Shown piece by piece: positions 17,152 through 26,007 of a stretch of DNA of 32,000 bases. A program made the position numbers and the translations under genes. The stretch spans positions 2,010,001 to 2,042,000 of the forward strand of contig NC_020304.1 of the NCBI RefSeq assembly GCF_000341395.1, read 5' to 3'. Every line of letters starts with the position of its first letter. Within the stretch, counting starts at the first letter, position 1. The notes beneath the pieces are model-generated. The model made no database searches. It saw nothing but the letters and a program-made list of their open reading frames with translations, and was not told the origin of the DNA. The stretch comes from Desulfocapsa sulfexigens DSM 10523. GTDB taxonomy: Bacteria > Desulfobacterota > Desulfobulbia > Desulfobulbales > Desulfocapsaceae.

Positions 17152-19482
17152 TTACTCAAGAGCTTGTAATTGGAACTTGATCTTTTCATTACCTGGGTCG
17201 AGAATCAGGGCCTGTTCGTATTCCTGTTTGGCTTGTAATAGGGCTTTTTGCTCTTTGTAGTGGTTCGCTAAAGTGACATGGAAGGGGGCGTAGCTTGGTA
17301 GCCATTTAATTCCGAGTTGAAGGATATTCACGGCATCGGCTGTACGATTCTGTTTTTTATAAAACCAGAAAAGTTGCATGAAGTATTGAGGCTTTATATG
17401 TTTTTCTACTTCGAGAAAATCTAAGGAGCGACTTCGATAGTATTCAGCCTCTTCAATGTCCCCAGCTCTTTCAAAATATTCACCAAGTGTTATCCAGGCA
17501 GCCGTTGTTGAAGGGTAAAATAATGCGATTTCTTCTCGTGTTAGATCCGCAGCCAATATAAAAGCAGGGAGATTACGGGCCACTTCTGGATATCTTTCCG
17601 TACCTTGCCTTAAGATACCAAGAGCCTGTTCAGTTTTTTCTTGCTGCAAATACCATTCTGCCAGAGTAAATATCATCTTCTCTTTGTTCTGACTTCTTTT
17701 GTAACCCTCCTCCATGAGAAATGATGCTTGGTTATAGCTACTCAGAGGAAGGGAGAGTCCGATTCTTTGAAGATATGTACCTTCGAGAGGATCCCTTTCG
17801 GATGCATGAAGGAAGTTGTTGAATGCAGGCTGGTTTTGTTGAAGGTAAGAAAAAATAGTACCTCTATAAGAATAGTAGAGCCCTTCCAGCGGGTCAAGGG
17901 AGATAGCATTGTTTATTGTCGTTAATTGTTTTTGGAGAAGCTTTTCGGAAAGCCTGGGGTTGAGATAGATTTTTGAGGCCTCTTTGTGCAGTTGTGTTGC
18001 TTTGATTATTCCTCCCTGGAAGGCAAGAGTCAGGAGGAGTAATGGAAGGGCGACCAGGAAGCTTAGTTTCCAGTATGAAGGCGCTTCTTGTAACAAGGTT
18101 GGTCTGTTGCGAAAATGAATGCGGGTGTTTCCTGCTGATATCAGGATTCCACAGAGCAGGAAGAAATAGAGCCCGTTGGCTCCATTATGCATATTAAAAT
18201 CAAATATGCTGTGGACAAGGATTGATAAAATAGCGGAGAGGCTACCAATAATAAGAAAAATTGAATAGGTGTCTTTCCGGAGCGTGAGACCTTTGAAACC
18301 ATGTTTTAAGATTGTAAAGACAAAAAAGGCGCTTAGTAGAAAACCGATAAGTCCACCATCGGTGAGCAACTCTATGTAGTCGTTGTGGGCATGGCCAACT
18401 GTCCTTGAGTCGGGTTGGATATTGTATTGCGGGTAGGCGTGAACGAAAGTGCCAAATCCTGTGCCACTGAGAAGGTTGTCTTTGATGAGTGGGGCGCAGG
18501 CTTGCCATATTTGCCATCGACCAAAGACCAGGGTGCCTGTTTCGGTTGTACTGGAGTTGAACCTTGCGAATAAAGAATCCCAGCCAAACCATGTCATTGC
18601 CAGTAATACGCCTCCAATAATAACGGTGGGCAGTATTAACCCAGTGTTTTTTGTCTTTTTACTAGCAAGCAGTAAAAAGAATAATAGTGCCAGTGTGGCT
18701 GAGATAGTACCGCCGCGAGAGAGGCTGAGGAAAATAGACGCAAGAATAAGAACAGCGCCAAAACCTAAGAAAAAATGAATATTTGATCCTGGCGTTGAGA
18801 ATATGGAAACTATGTTGTGTCGGAATGTCCGGTGTGTCGTCTTGTGTGGTCGATAGAAAAAAAACAGGGCCAAAACTATTGGAAACAACAGCTCCATGAA
18901 TCCTGCGTAGTGGTTATAATTGATCCAGGGGCCGAATGGCTGGGTTCTTTCTGGAACGGGGCGAAACCAGTAGATAAGATCGGGTGATGTGAATTTTTGA
19001 AGAATTGCTAAAAAGGCTATTATGGTAGCAAGGCCTGCAATAATTTTGACGGTTTTTTTGAGAAGGGATGAATTACTTAAAAGTTGTACGGTGAGTATGT
19101 AAAAGAACGCATAGGAAGTGATACGGAGAGCTTCAAGTAAAGTGGATTTTTGGTTGACTGTTAATGGTATCCATTGATTATTCTCTTGTAGATCGAGTAT
19201 GGGGGCGTATGCCTGGTAAATACCGGGTGCGATAAAGCTCACAAGTGAGGGGGGGAGTGGTATTAATTGTACCCACATAAATAGCAACAAGAGGAATAAA
19301 GGAATAGCACCGGGAACTTTTAAAGGCACTTGTGACTTGTGACGTATTTCCCAGCAGTAGATGATTGTTGTCAGGAAGATCAGAGCTTCAACAAGACCTA
19401 TTGACCATGTTTCAACGCTGCCAAAGGCGAGTGGTGCGAATAGAAGGATTGCAACAAAGAGCTTGTAGGAGATGTGTTGCAT
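17152..19482 (-). CDS. O-antigen ligase family (Wzy_C) membrane protein fused to a C-terminal TPR-repeat domain, paralogue 2
   Basis: 776 aa. The multi-TM N-terminal ~470 aa carry GHAHNDYIELLTDGGLIGFLL (Wzy_C signature). The C-terminal ~280 aa are TPR-like (AEWYLQQEKTEQALGILRQGTERYPE; YKEQKALLQAKQEYEQALILDPGNEKIK). Confidence 0.85.
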   Translation of the reverse strand: MQHISYKLFVAILLFAPLAFGSVETWSIGLVEALIFLTTIIYCWEIRHKSQVPLKVPGAIPLFLLLLFMWVQLIPLPPSLVSFIAPGIYQAYAPILDLQENNQWIPLTVNQKSTLLEALRITSYAFFYILTVQLLSNSSLLKKTVKIIAGLATIIAFLAILQKFTSPDLIYWFRPVPERTQPFGPWINYNHYAGFMELLFPIVLALFFFYRPHKTTHRTFRHNIVSIFSTPGSNIHFFLGFGAVLILASIFLSLSRGGTISATLALLFFLLLASKKTKNTGLILPTVIIGGVLLAMTWFGWDSLFARFNSSTTETGTLVFGRWQIWQACAPLIKDNLLSGTGFGTFVHAYPQYNIQPDSRTVGHAHNDYIELLTDGGLIGFLLSAFFVFTILKHGFKGLTLRKDTYSIFLIIGSLSAILSILVHSIFDFNMHNGANGLYFFLLCGILISAGNTRIHFRNRPTLLQEAPSYWKLSFLVALPLLLLTLAFQGGIIKATQLHKEASKIYLNPRLSEKLLQKQLTTINNAISLDPLEGLYYSYRGTIFSYLQQNQPAFNNFLHASERDPLEGTYLQRIGLSLPLSSYNQASFLMEEGYKRSQNKEKMIFTLAEWYLQQEKTEQALGILRQGTERYPEVARNLPAFILAADLTREEIALFYPSTTAAWITLGEYFERAGDIEEAEYYRSRSLDFLEVEKHIKPQYFMQLFWFYKKQNRTADAVNILQLGIKWLPSYAPFHVTLANHYKEQKALLQAKQEYEQALILDPGNEKIKFQLQALE

Positions 19483-19601
19483 ATTTTATTGTTCCCTGTG
19501 AAATGGTCCTTTCAACTGTTTTTTCTCATCACACTATTCATTGATCGTTCATTGGATGCCCTACAGAAAGAATTTTATATCCATACAAAGATCAAAATCG
19601 G

Positions 19602-19621
19602 TTCTGGAAATGTCTCCAGAA
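19602..19621 (-). terminator. Weak hairpin, possible attenuator or terminator between the two Wzy_C-TPR paralogues
   Basis: ttctgga-aatgtc-tccagaa forms a 7-bp stem with a 6-nt loop. On the minus-strand transcript it is followed by CCGAUUUUGAUC. A second 7-bp hairpin, aagtaat-acccgaa-attactt, lies at 19637..19657. Confidence 0.2.
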
Positions 19622-19689
19622 TGGAGTTCGTTTCAAAAGTAATACCCGAAATTACTTCTTCAATGAAGATTCACTTAAGATATCAATTG

Positions 19690-22020
19690 CTACTTGATGC
19701 TCTCTAAACGTTTTTTAATTGTTTCATTACCAGGTTCGAGAATTAATGCCTGCTCGTATTCCTCTTTGGCGCGGTATGGGATGTCCTGCTTTTTGTAATA
19801 ATCTCCCAGGTGGATATGAAAGGGAGCGTAGTCCGGTAACCATTTGATGCCAAGGTAGAGCGTGTTGACTGCCTCATCTGTTCTTTTTTGTTTTGTGTAA
19901 AAATAAAACAACTGCATAAAGTACCCAGGCTGGATGGTTTCTTCCTGTTCCAGGAAGTCCAGGGCATGGCTTCTGAAATACGCACTGTTTGTAAGCTGTC
20001 CTGATTTTTCGAGATACTCTCCAAGTGCTATCCAGGCGGATGCTTTGGGAGGGAGGGCGGCACTCATCTCTTCTCTTCTGAACTTGTAGAATTGAAAGAA
20101 TGCAGGAATACGTTTGGCTATATTAGGAAACTGCTCGGTACCTTGTTTGAGAACAGTCAGTGCCTCTTCGCGATCACCCTGTTGCAGATACCATTCTGCA
20201 AGGACAAAGACGAGTTGTTCTTTGTTAAGGCCCTTTTTGTAACCTTCGGCCATTAAAAGAGACGCCTGTTCCTTTTTCTCTGGTGGTAACAGGAGTGCAA
20301 TCCTTTGCAGGTAAGCCCCTTCAAGAGGATCTTTACGGCTGGCCAGGATATAATTGTCCAATGCCTCTTTATTTTGCTCAAGATACGAAAGGAGGTTCCC
20401 TTTGTAGGAGGAGTAGAGTCCCTCCAGGGGGTCAAGTTGGATGGCTTTGTCAATTGTTACCAGTTGCTCCTGGAGGAGTTGTGTAGACAGTTGCGGGTTT
20501 AGGTAAATTTGGGAAGCCTTACTGTGGTACTGTTGTGCTTTAAAGATTCCGCCCTGAGTGGTGATGGTCATGATAAGGAGTGGAAGGGCGGCCAGGTAGC
20601 CCAGTTTCCATACTGAAGAGACTTCTTTGAGTAATGTTGGCCTCTTGCGAAAGTGTAGCCGGGTGTTTCCGGCGGAGACGAGAACTCCGCAGAGGAAGAA
20701 AAAGTAGAGCCCGTTTGCTCCGTTATGCATGTTAAAATCGGTGATGCTGTGGATAAGGATTGCGAATATTCCACTAAGGCCAGCGATAATTAACAGGGTG
20801 GAATAGGGTTCACGGCGCAGGGAAAGCTTTCTGATACCGTTCTGAAAGATTGTGATAACAAAACATGCCGCAAGCAGAAAACCAATAAGGCCACCATCGG
20901 TGATAAGTTCCAGATAGTCATTATGGGCATGATCGAAAACATCGGATGTGGGGAAGTTACTGTATTGTGGAAACGTGTGGATGAAAGTACCCCAGCCGGA
21001 TCCGGTGAAAAGGAAGTCTTTGATGAGTGGGGCCAGGTTTACCCATAAAGGTAATCTGCCTTCAGTTATGGAGCCATCTCCGGTTGTGGTAGCATTAAAG
21101 CGTTCAAGAATGGGATCCCAGCCGAACCAAGTCATGGTAAGCAGAATACCTCCGACGATTATCAGTGGGAATATGCTTCCAGTTTTCTCGGATTTTTTTG
21201 TAAAAAGAATCAGAAAAAAGAACAGGGCCAGGGTTGCAGCAATAATCCCGCCTCGTGAAAGTCCTATAAAGATAGATGTCAGGATAAGTACAACACTGAA
21301 TCCCAGGAAAAAATAAATATTTGAAGCCGGTGAAGACAATATCGAAACAGCCTTGGAACGAAACGATTGCTTATCTGTGAATTTGGGCTTGTAGTAGAAG
21401 GAGAGGGCAAGCACCAGTGGAAAGACTAACTCCATAAATCCCGCGTAATGATTTCTGTTTACCCATGGTCCAACGGGACTTGCGTTTTCGGGAGCCGGCC
21501 GGAACCAGTAAATAGTGTCGGGAGATGTGAATTTCTGCAGAATCGCTAGAAAGGCAATGGCTGTGGCAAGTCCCGCAACTATTTTTACGGTTTTGGTGAG
21601 GAGTTCCCTGCGGCTCAAGAGCTGTACTGTGAGAATATAAAAAAATGCGTAGGAAGTAATCCGAAGGGCTTCGAGCAGGGTGGACTTTTGATTAACAGTT
21701 AGTGGAATCCATTGATTATTGTCCTGTACGGCAAGTATGGGGGCATATGCCTGATAGATACCGGGTGCAATAAAATTTACCATTGAAGGTGGAAGTGGCA
21801 TCAGTTGCAGCCACATAAAAGCAAGTAGAAGAAAGAGAGGGAGCAGGCCGGGAACTTTTAGTAATGCGTCTGATTTGTGACGTGTTTCAAAGCAGTACAC
21901 AAAAGTTGTCAGGAAAACAAGACCTTCAACAATCCCTATTGACCATGTTTCTACACTTCCGAAGGCGAGTGGTGCGAAAAAAAGGATTGCAACAAAGAAC
22001 TTGTAGGAGATGTGTTGCAT
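19690..22020 (-). CDS. O-antigen ligase family (Wzy_C) membrane protein fused to a C-terminal TPR-repeat domain, paralogue 1
   Basis: The ORF extends to 22047, but the internal ATG at 22020 gives MQHISYKFFVAILFF, collinear with the paralogue start MQHISYKLFVAILLF, and exactly 776 aa. About 19 nt upstream of both ATGs is conserved (CACAGGrAACAATA). The Wzy_C motif is DHAHNDYLELITDGGLIGFLL. The TPR tail ends EEYEQALILEPGNETIK. Confidence 0.85.
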   Translation of the reverse strand: MQHISYKFFVAILFFAPLAFGSVETWSIGIVEGLVFLTTFVYCFETRHKSDALLKVPGLLPLFLLLAFMWLQLMPLPPSMVNFIAPGIYQAYAPILAVQDNNQWIPLTVNQKSTLLEALRITSYAFFYILTVQLLSRRELLTKTVKIVAGLATAIAFLAILQKFTSPDTIYWFRPAPENASPVGPWVNRNHYAGFMELVFPLVLALSFYYKPKFTDKQSFRSKAVSILSSPASNIYFFLGFSVVLILTSIFIGLSRGGIIAATLALFFFLILFTKKSEKTGSIFPLIIVGGILLTMTWFGWDPILERFNATTTGDGSITEGRLPLWVNLAPLIKDFLFTGSGWGTFIHTFPQYSNFPTSDVFDHAHNDYLELITDGGLIGFLLAACFVITIFQNGIRKLSLRREPYSTLLIIAGLSGIFAILIHSITDFNMHNGANGLYFFFLCGVLVSAGNTRLHFRKRPTLLKEVSSVWKLGYLAALPLLIMTITTQGGIFKAQQYHSKASQIYLNPQLSTQLLQEQLVTIDKAIQLDPLEGLYSSYKGNLLSYLEQNKEALDNYILASRKDPLEGAYLQRIALLLPPEKKEQASLLMAEGYKKGLNKEQLVFVLAEWYLQQGDREEALTVLKQGTEQFPNIAKRIPAFFQFYKFRREEMSAALPPKASAWIALGEYLEKSGQLTNSAYFRSHALDFLEQEETIQPGYFMQLFYFYTKQKRTDEAVNTLYLGIKWLPDYAPFHIHLGDYYKKQDIPYRAKEEYEQALILEPGNETIKKRLESIK

Positions 22021-22074
22021 ATCGTATTGTTTCCTGTGAGAATTCAAGACTGTTATTTGTAATAAAGATTACGT

Positions 22075-22103
22075 ATTTTACATGCCTTATGATGAAATAT
22101 CAA
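22075..22103 (-). promoter_or_regulatory. Candidate sigma70-type promoter for the Wzy_C-TPR / assembly-decoration operon
   Basis: On the minus strand: TTGATA (22103..22098), a 17-nt spacer, then TAAAAT (22080..22075), about 55 nt upstream of the ATG at 22020. It is divergent from the ATPase promoter. The AT-rich context raises the chance of a spurious match. Confidence 0.35.
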
Positions 22104-22220
22104 ATTGTTAAATCTAAATGGCTGAATGGCTCTTCTGGCCGTGGATATTAGGCTTGTTGTTGGGTAATATTTCAAGTCCCCCTGATGCTCTTAAATGTTT
22201 CTATTTATCAAAACAGGCCA

Positions 22221-22249
22221 TTGAAACAGTAGTCTCATTATTGTATAAT
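22221..22249 (+). promoter_or_regulatory. Candidate sigma70-type promoter for the AAA-ATPase gene
   Basis: TTGAAA (22221..22226), a 17-nt spacer, then TATAAT (22244..22249), 38 nt upstream of the ATG at 22287. This is a sequence match only. Confidence 0.4.
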
Positions 22250-22286
22250 GGGTGTGTTGCGAGACGTAAACAACGGGGGTATATAA

Positions 22287-23690
22287 ATGATGCGACGACA
22301 CCAGTTTCAATTTCTCTCTTCATGGCTGCACAACAAAAACCGTAAACCTTTAATTATCCGTGGTGCGAGACAGGTAGGCAAGTCAACATTAGTAGAATTA
22401 TTTGCCAAGGAGCAAAATCGAAATCTCTGTAATGTTAATCTGGAACGTTACCCAGAATTATCTGCGGTTTTTTCAGGGAAAGATCCAGGGCAGATTCTGC
22501 AGGAGATAGAGTTTCTCCCTAATCAGAGTGGAATCAGTGGTGACACTCTTTTGTTTCTTGATGAAATACAGGCTGTCCCTGAAGCAATCCCTGCTTTACG
22601 GTATTTTTATGAAGATATGCCAGACTTTCCTGTTGTTAGTGCCGGTTCACTGTTGGAATTTGCATTGGCAGACCATACTTTTTCCATGCCTGTTGGAAGG
22701 ATACAGTATTTACATATGGGACCCATGACTTTTAGTGAATTTCTTCTGGCAACAGGTGAGGACAAACTTTACAATTTTATTCATCAATATGAGGTAGGGC
22801 AGGAAATTGGAGAGGTCGCTCATCAGAGGTTGTTGCAATTACTTCGGTCCTATTATTTCGTTGGCGGCATGCCTGAAGCTGTCGCAGTTTTTGGAGAAAC
22901 GCGCAGCTATAGGGCTGTTAGCGAGATACATAACTCCATAATCGAAACCTACCGTGATGATTTTCCCAAATATGCGGGATCAAGAAACTTGAGTCGAATG
23001 CAGAATGTTTTTAATTTCGCAGCCAGAAATGTTGGTGTAAAAGTAAAGTACTCTAATATTTCATCACGGGATCAGAGTGTTACAATCAGAAAAGATATAG
23101 AATTGCTGACAATGGCAAGGGTGATAGGTAAAGTTGTTCATAGTAATTGCTCCGGCTTGCCAATACAGGCTGAAAATAAGGAGCGAGTGTATAAACTGCT
23201 CTTTTTGGATATAGGTCTGATGAATGCTATTTGCGGCCTGGATTGGAGAAATCTTTCTCAAATGGACGAGAAGAAGGTTATTAATCAGGGTGCTATTGCA
23301 GAACAATTTGTGGGCCAGCATCTGCAGGCAATGATGGCTGACAAGCCGAATCGTGAATTGAATTATTGGTTGCGGGAGGGAAAATCATCTAACGCTGAGC
23401 TGGATTATGTTGTTGGCTTAGGGGGGAGGATTATCCCAATAGAGGTGAAATCAGGTGCAACCGGAACATTAAAATCCCTGCATCAGTTTATGGGAACAAA
23501 AAAAACTGACCTTGCTGTTCGGTTTGATGCTAATCTGCCAAGTAGTCAGCAGGTCAATACTGTAATTAACGCAGATAAAGAATGCAGGAACGTACAGTAT
23601 CAGCTCATTTCACTGCCCCTATATCTGGTAGAGCGGCTTGAATCGCTCATTTCTGAACGTAGGACGTTGACACAGCACCTGGAAAATTAA
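22287..23690 (+). CDS. AAA-family ATPase with a DUF4143-type C-terminal PD-(D/E)xK nuclease-like domain
   Basis: 467 aa. Walker A is RGARQVGKSTL and Walker B is LLFLDEIQ. The C-terminal NAELDYVVGLGGRIIPIEVKSG matches the D..(E/I)xK restriction-endonuclease-fold motif seen in the AAA_14/DUF4143 family. It is the only plus-strand gene. An SD-like GGGGG lies 7 nt upstream of the ATG. Confidence 0.8.
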   Translation: MMRRHQFQFLSSWLHNKNRKPLIIRGARQVGKSTLVELFAKEQNRNLCNVNLERYPELSAVFSGKDPGQILQEIEFLPNQSGISGDTLLFLDEIQAVPEAIPALRYFYEDMPDFPVVSAGSLLEFALADHTFSMPVGRIQYLHMGPMTFSEFLLATGEDKLYNFIHQYEVGQEIGEVAHQRLLQLLRSYYFVGGMPEAVAVFGETRSYRAVSEIHNSIIETYRDDFPKYAGSRNLSRMQNVFNFAARNVGVKVKYSNISSRDQSVTIRKDIELLTMARVIGKVVHSNCSGLPIQAENKERVYKLLFLDIGLMNAICGLDWRNLSQMDEKKVINQGAIAEQFVGQHLQAMMADKPNRELNYWLREGKSSNAELDYVVGLGGRIIPIEVKSGATGTLKSLHQFMGTKKTDLAVRFDANLPSSQQVNTVINADKECRNVQYQLISLPLYLVERLESLISERRTLTQHLEN

Positions 23691-23758
23691 GATCATTCTT
23701 TGCAAGGTCAGGTTAAGAAATATGCAAAAGGAAGATATGATGTCACCATTTTCGGAAA

Positions 23759-24727
23759 TCAGATTTTCCTTGAACCCTCAAGTTGTTTCTCAAAATAAGG
23801 GATTGTGGCTTTAAGGCCTTCTTCAAGTTGAATTGCAGGTGTCCAACCGAGTACTTCTTTTGCCAGGGTTATATCCGGTTGTCGCTGGGTGGGATCATCA
23901 CTGGGGAGTGGCTGATACTCAAGTTTTGACTTTGATCCGGTCAGCTTGATGATGGTTTCTGCCAATGTTTTGATAGTAAACTCATTGGGGTTGCCAGTGT
24001 TGATGGGGCCAATAAAGTCATCAGCTGTTCCCATTAGCCGTACAAATGCTTCAATGAGATCATCTACATAGCAGAAAGAGCGTGATTGGGAGCCATCACC
24101 ATAGATGGTAATTGCTTTGTTCTGTAATGCCTGCATGATAAAGTTTGAGACAACCCGACCGTCATTGGGGTGCATATTGGGTCCGTAGGTGTTGAAGATA
24201 CGGGCTACCTTTATGCGCAGGTTGTGTTGTCGGTGGTAGTCGAAAAAGAGTGTTTCCGCGCAGCGTTTTCCTTCGTCATAGCAGGAACGTATGCCATTTG
24301 GGTTAACCTTCCCCCAGTAGGACTCTGGTTGGGGGTGGATCTCAGGGTTTCCGTAGACTTCACTGGTGGATGCCTGGAAAATTTTTGCTTTGACCCGTTT
24401 GGCCAGACCCAGCATGTTGATAGCACCATGGACACTGGTTTTGGTGGTCTGCACCGGGTCATGCTGGTAGTGGATAGGGGAGGCTGGACAGGCCAGGTTG
24501 TAAATTTCATCAATCTCAATATACAGAGGGAAGGTTACATCGTGACGAATGATCTCGAAGCTGGGATTCCCCAGAAGGGAAATGATGTTGTCTCTGGTGC
24601 CGGTGAAGAAGTTGTCGAGACAGAGGACTTCGTGGCCGTCGTTCAGCAGGCGCTCGCATAGGTGAGAACCGAGGAAGCCAGCACCACCGGTGACAAGAAT
24701 ACGTTTTTTTCTGTTGTAGTTTTGCAT
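23759..24727 (-). CDS. uxs: UDP-glucuronate decarboxylase (UDP-xylose synthase), SDR family
   Basis: 322 aa. Motifs: [52 protein letters not shown] (catalytic YxxxK) and RIFNTYGP. These are canonical UXS signatures. Confidence 0.88.
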   Translation of the reverse strand: MQNYNRKKRILVTGGAGFLGSHLCERLLNDGHEVLCLDNFFTGTRDNIISLLGNPSFEIIRHDVTFPLYIEIDEIYNLACPASPIHYQHDPVQTTKTSVHGAINMLGLAKRVKAKIFQASTSEVYGNPEIHPQPESYWGKVNPNGIRSCYDEGKRCAETLFFDYHRQHNLRIKVARIFNTYGPNMHPNDGRVVSNFIMQALQNKAITIYGDGSQSRSFCYVDDLIEAFVRLMGTADDFIGPINTGNPNEFTIKTLAETIIKLTGSKSKLEYQPLPSDDPTQRQPDITLAKEVLGWTPAIQLEEGLKATIPYFEKQLEGSRKI

Positions 24728-24803
24728 AGTTGAACGATTGATGAGTTAACAGGAGAAATCAAAACGGGTTCTATGCCCTACCCAATTTATAAATGAATTC
24801 GGG

Positions 24804-25832
24804 TTATCCCAGATTCTGCAAATACCATTGGGCTGCTTTATCCAGACCAGCCTGTACCGAAAAAGAAGGTTTATAGCCAATCAGTCTCTTAGCTTTTGAG
24901 ATGTCTGCAAGTGAATGGCGTACATCTCCAGCTCTAAAATCGCGGTATTCCGGTGCAGCGTTCATGGCCGATTCATGAGTTGCTACAACCCTCTCTTTTA
25001 TCAATTGAAAAAGTTCATTGAGGGTTGTCCTTTCGCCAAAGGCAACATTATACACCTGATTTGATGCCTCTTCATTCTTCGCCGTTGCTGCCAGGAGGTT
25101 TGCTTCTACAGCGTTTTCAATAAAACAGAAATCCCGGCTTGTTTCGCCATCGCCATTGATAAAAACGGTTTCATTTTTTATGAGTCCAGCAAACCATTTT
25201 GGAATAACCGCCGCATAGGCGCCATTGGGGTCCTGGCGTTGTCCGAAAATATTAAAATATCTGAGACCGATTGTTTTGAAACCATAGGTTTTTGCAAAAA
25301 CATCGCTATACAGTTCGTTAACGAGCTTTGTCACAGCGTAGGGAGAAAGAGGTTTGCCAATTTTATCCTCTTCCTTGGGCAGATCCGGGTGATCACCATA
25401 GGTGGAACTTGATGCCGCGTAAACAAAACGTTGAACGTTTGCATCCTTTGCAGCCACCAGCATATTCAAAAATCCACTGATGTTGTTTTCATTCGTTGTG
25501 ATCGGGTCTTCAATGGATCGTGGTACGGAACCAAGGGCTGCTTGATGGAGAACGTAGTCGACATTGCTACAGGCATGTGTGCAATCATCTATACTCCGGA
25601 TATCTCCTTCAATAAAGGTGAATTGCTGCCACTGCTTCTCGCTTACCAGTGATTGAACCTCATCGAAATTATGTTGAAATCCCGTCGAAAAGTTATCCAA
25701 ACCCACAACTTTCTGGTTTAGCTTAAGAAGGGTTTCAAGGAGGTTGGAGCCGATAAAACCGGCAACACCGGTGATGAGCCAGGTGTACTGCTTGTCTGTC
25801 AGATGGTTTTGAAGTGTCTCGTAATGTGTCAT
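24804..25832 (-). CDS. tviC: NAD-dependent UDP-HexNAc(A) 4-epimerase, TviC/WbpP-like
   Basis: 342 aa. Motifs: [45 protein letters not shown] and [13 protein letters not shown] (YxxxK). The family pattern matches WbpP/TviC, and the gene lies next to a TviB-like gene. Confidence 0.8.
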   Translation of the reverse strand: MTHYETLQNHLTDKQYTWLITGVAGFIGSNLLETLLKLNQKVVGLDNFSTGFQHNFDEVQSLVSEKQWQQFTFIEGDIRSIDDCTHACSNVDYVLHQAALGSVPRSIEDPITTNENNISGFLNMLVAAKDANVQRFVYAASSSTYGDHPDLPKEEDKIGKPLSPYAVTKLVNELYSDVFAKTYGFKTIGLRYFNIFGQRQDPNGAYAAVIPKWFAGLIKNETVFINGDGETSRDFCFIENAVEANLLAATAKNEEASNQVYNVAFGERTTLNELFQLIKERVVATHESAMNAAPEYRDFRAGDVRHSLADISKAKRLIGYKPSFSVQAGLDKAAQWYLQNLG

Positions 25833-26007
25833 TGTATGAGTACTTTATTTCTAAACTCTTTATGGAACAAGTAAGGGAATAATTTCCAGCTTCTTTGGGT
25901 ATTATGAAAAGCTGCATAGGCTGAAGGATATTTTACTGAAGGAAAAAAATAGCATTACGAAAGCCCTTCCGCCTTTCTGTGCCTTCCGCCTCGTAACCTA
26001 TTTTAGC

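Larger units (their letters stand above)
17152..22020 (-). repeat. Diverged tandem duplication (about 2.3 kb unit) comprising the two Wzy_C-TPR genes
   Basis: Both proteins are 776 aa and collinear with no indels visible by eye. In the first 135 residues I count about 22 mismatches. The nucleotide similarity is obvious in the 5' 400 nt and extends about 19 nt upstream of each ATG. The TPR tails are more diverged. Confidence 0.85.

Noticed and set aside
19474-19707. A 77-aa plus-strand ORF spanning the whole spacer between the two Wzy_C-TPR paralogues.
   Set aside because: Its ATG is simply the antisense of the paralogue start region. It has no SD, overlaps both neighbouring genes' ends, and shows no recognisable protein features. 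I kept the region as non-coding spacer with hairpins.
22021-22047. A longer start (ATG at 22047, MNSHRKQYD...) for the first Wzy_C-TPR paralogue.
   Set aside because: The internal ATG at 22020 reproduces the paralogue's N-terminus and its exact 776-aa length, and it sits after the conserved leader (CACAGGAAACAATA). The 9-codon extension has no counterpart.
22118-22345. A 75-aa plus-strand ORF in the divergent intergenic region, overlapping the ATPase start.
   Set aside because: It contains the predicted ATPase promoter, is out of frame with the ATPase gene, and has no RBS or motifs.
22287-23690. The AAA ATPase as part of an insertion sequence (IstB-like helper) or other mobile element.
   Set aside because: There is no transposase or integrase, and I could see no terminal inverted repeats or target-site duplication in the flanks. 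The domain pattern is AAA_14/DUF4143-like, not IstB-like.
23691-23758. A bidirectional terminator between the convergent ATPase and uxs genes. ctttgca..tgcaaag could form a 7-bp stem.
   Set aside because: The loop is about 18 nt and there is no flanking U-tract on either strand, so it is too weak to call.
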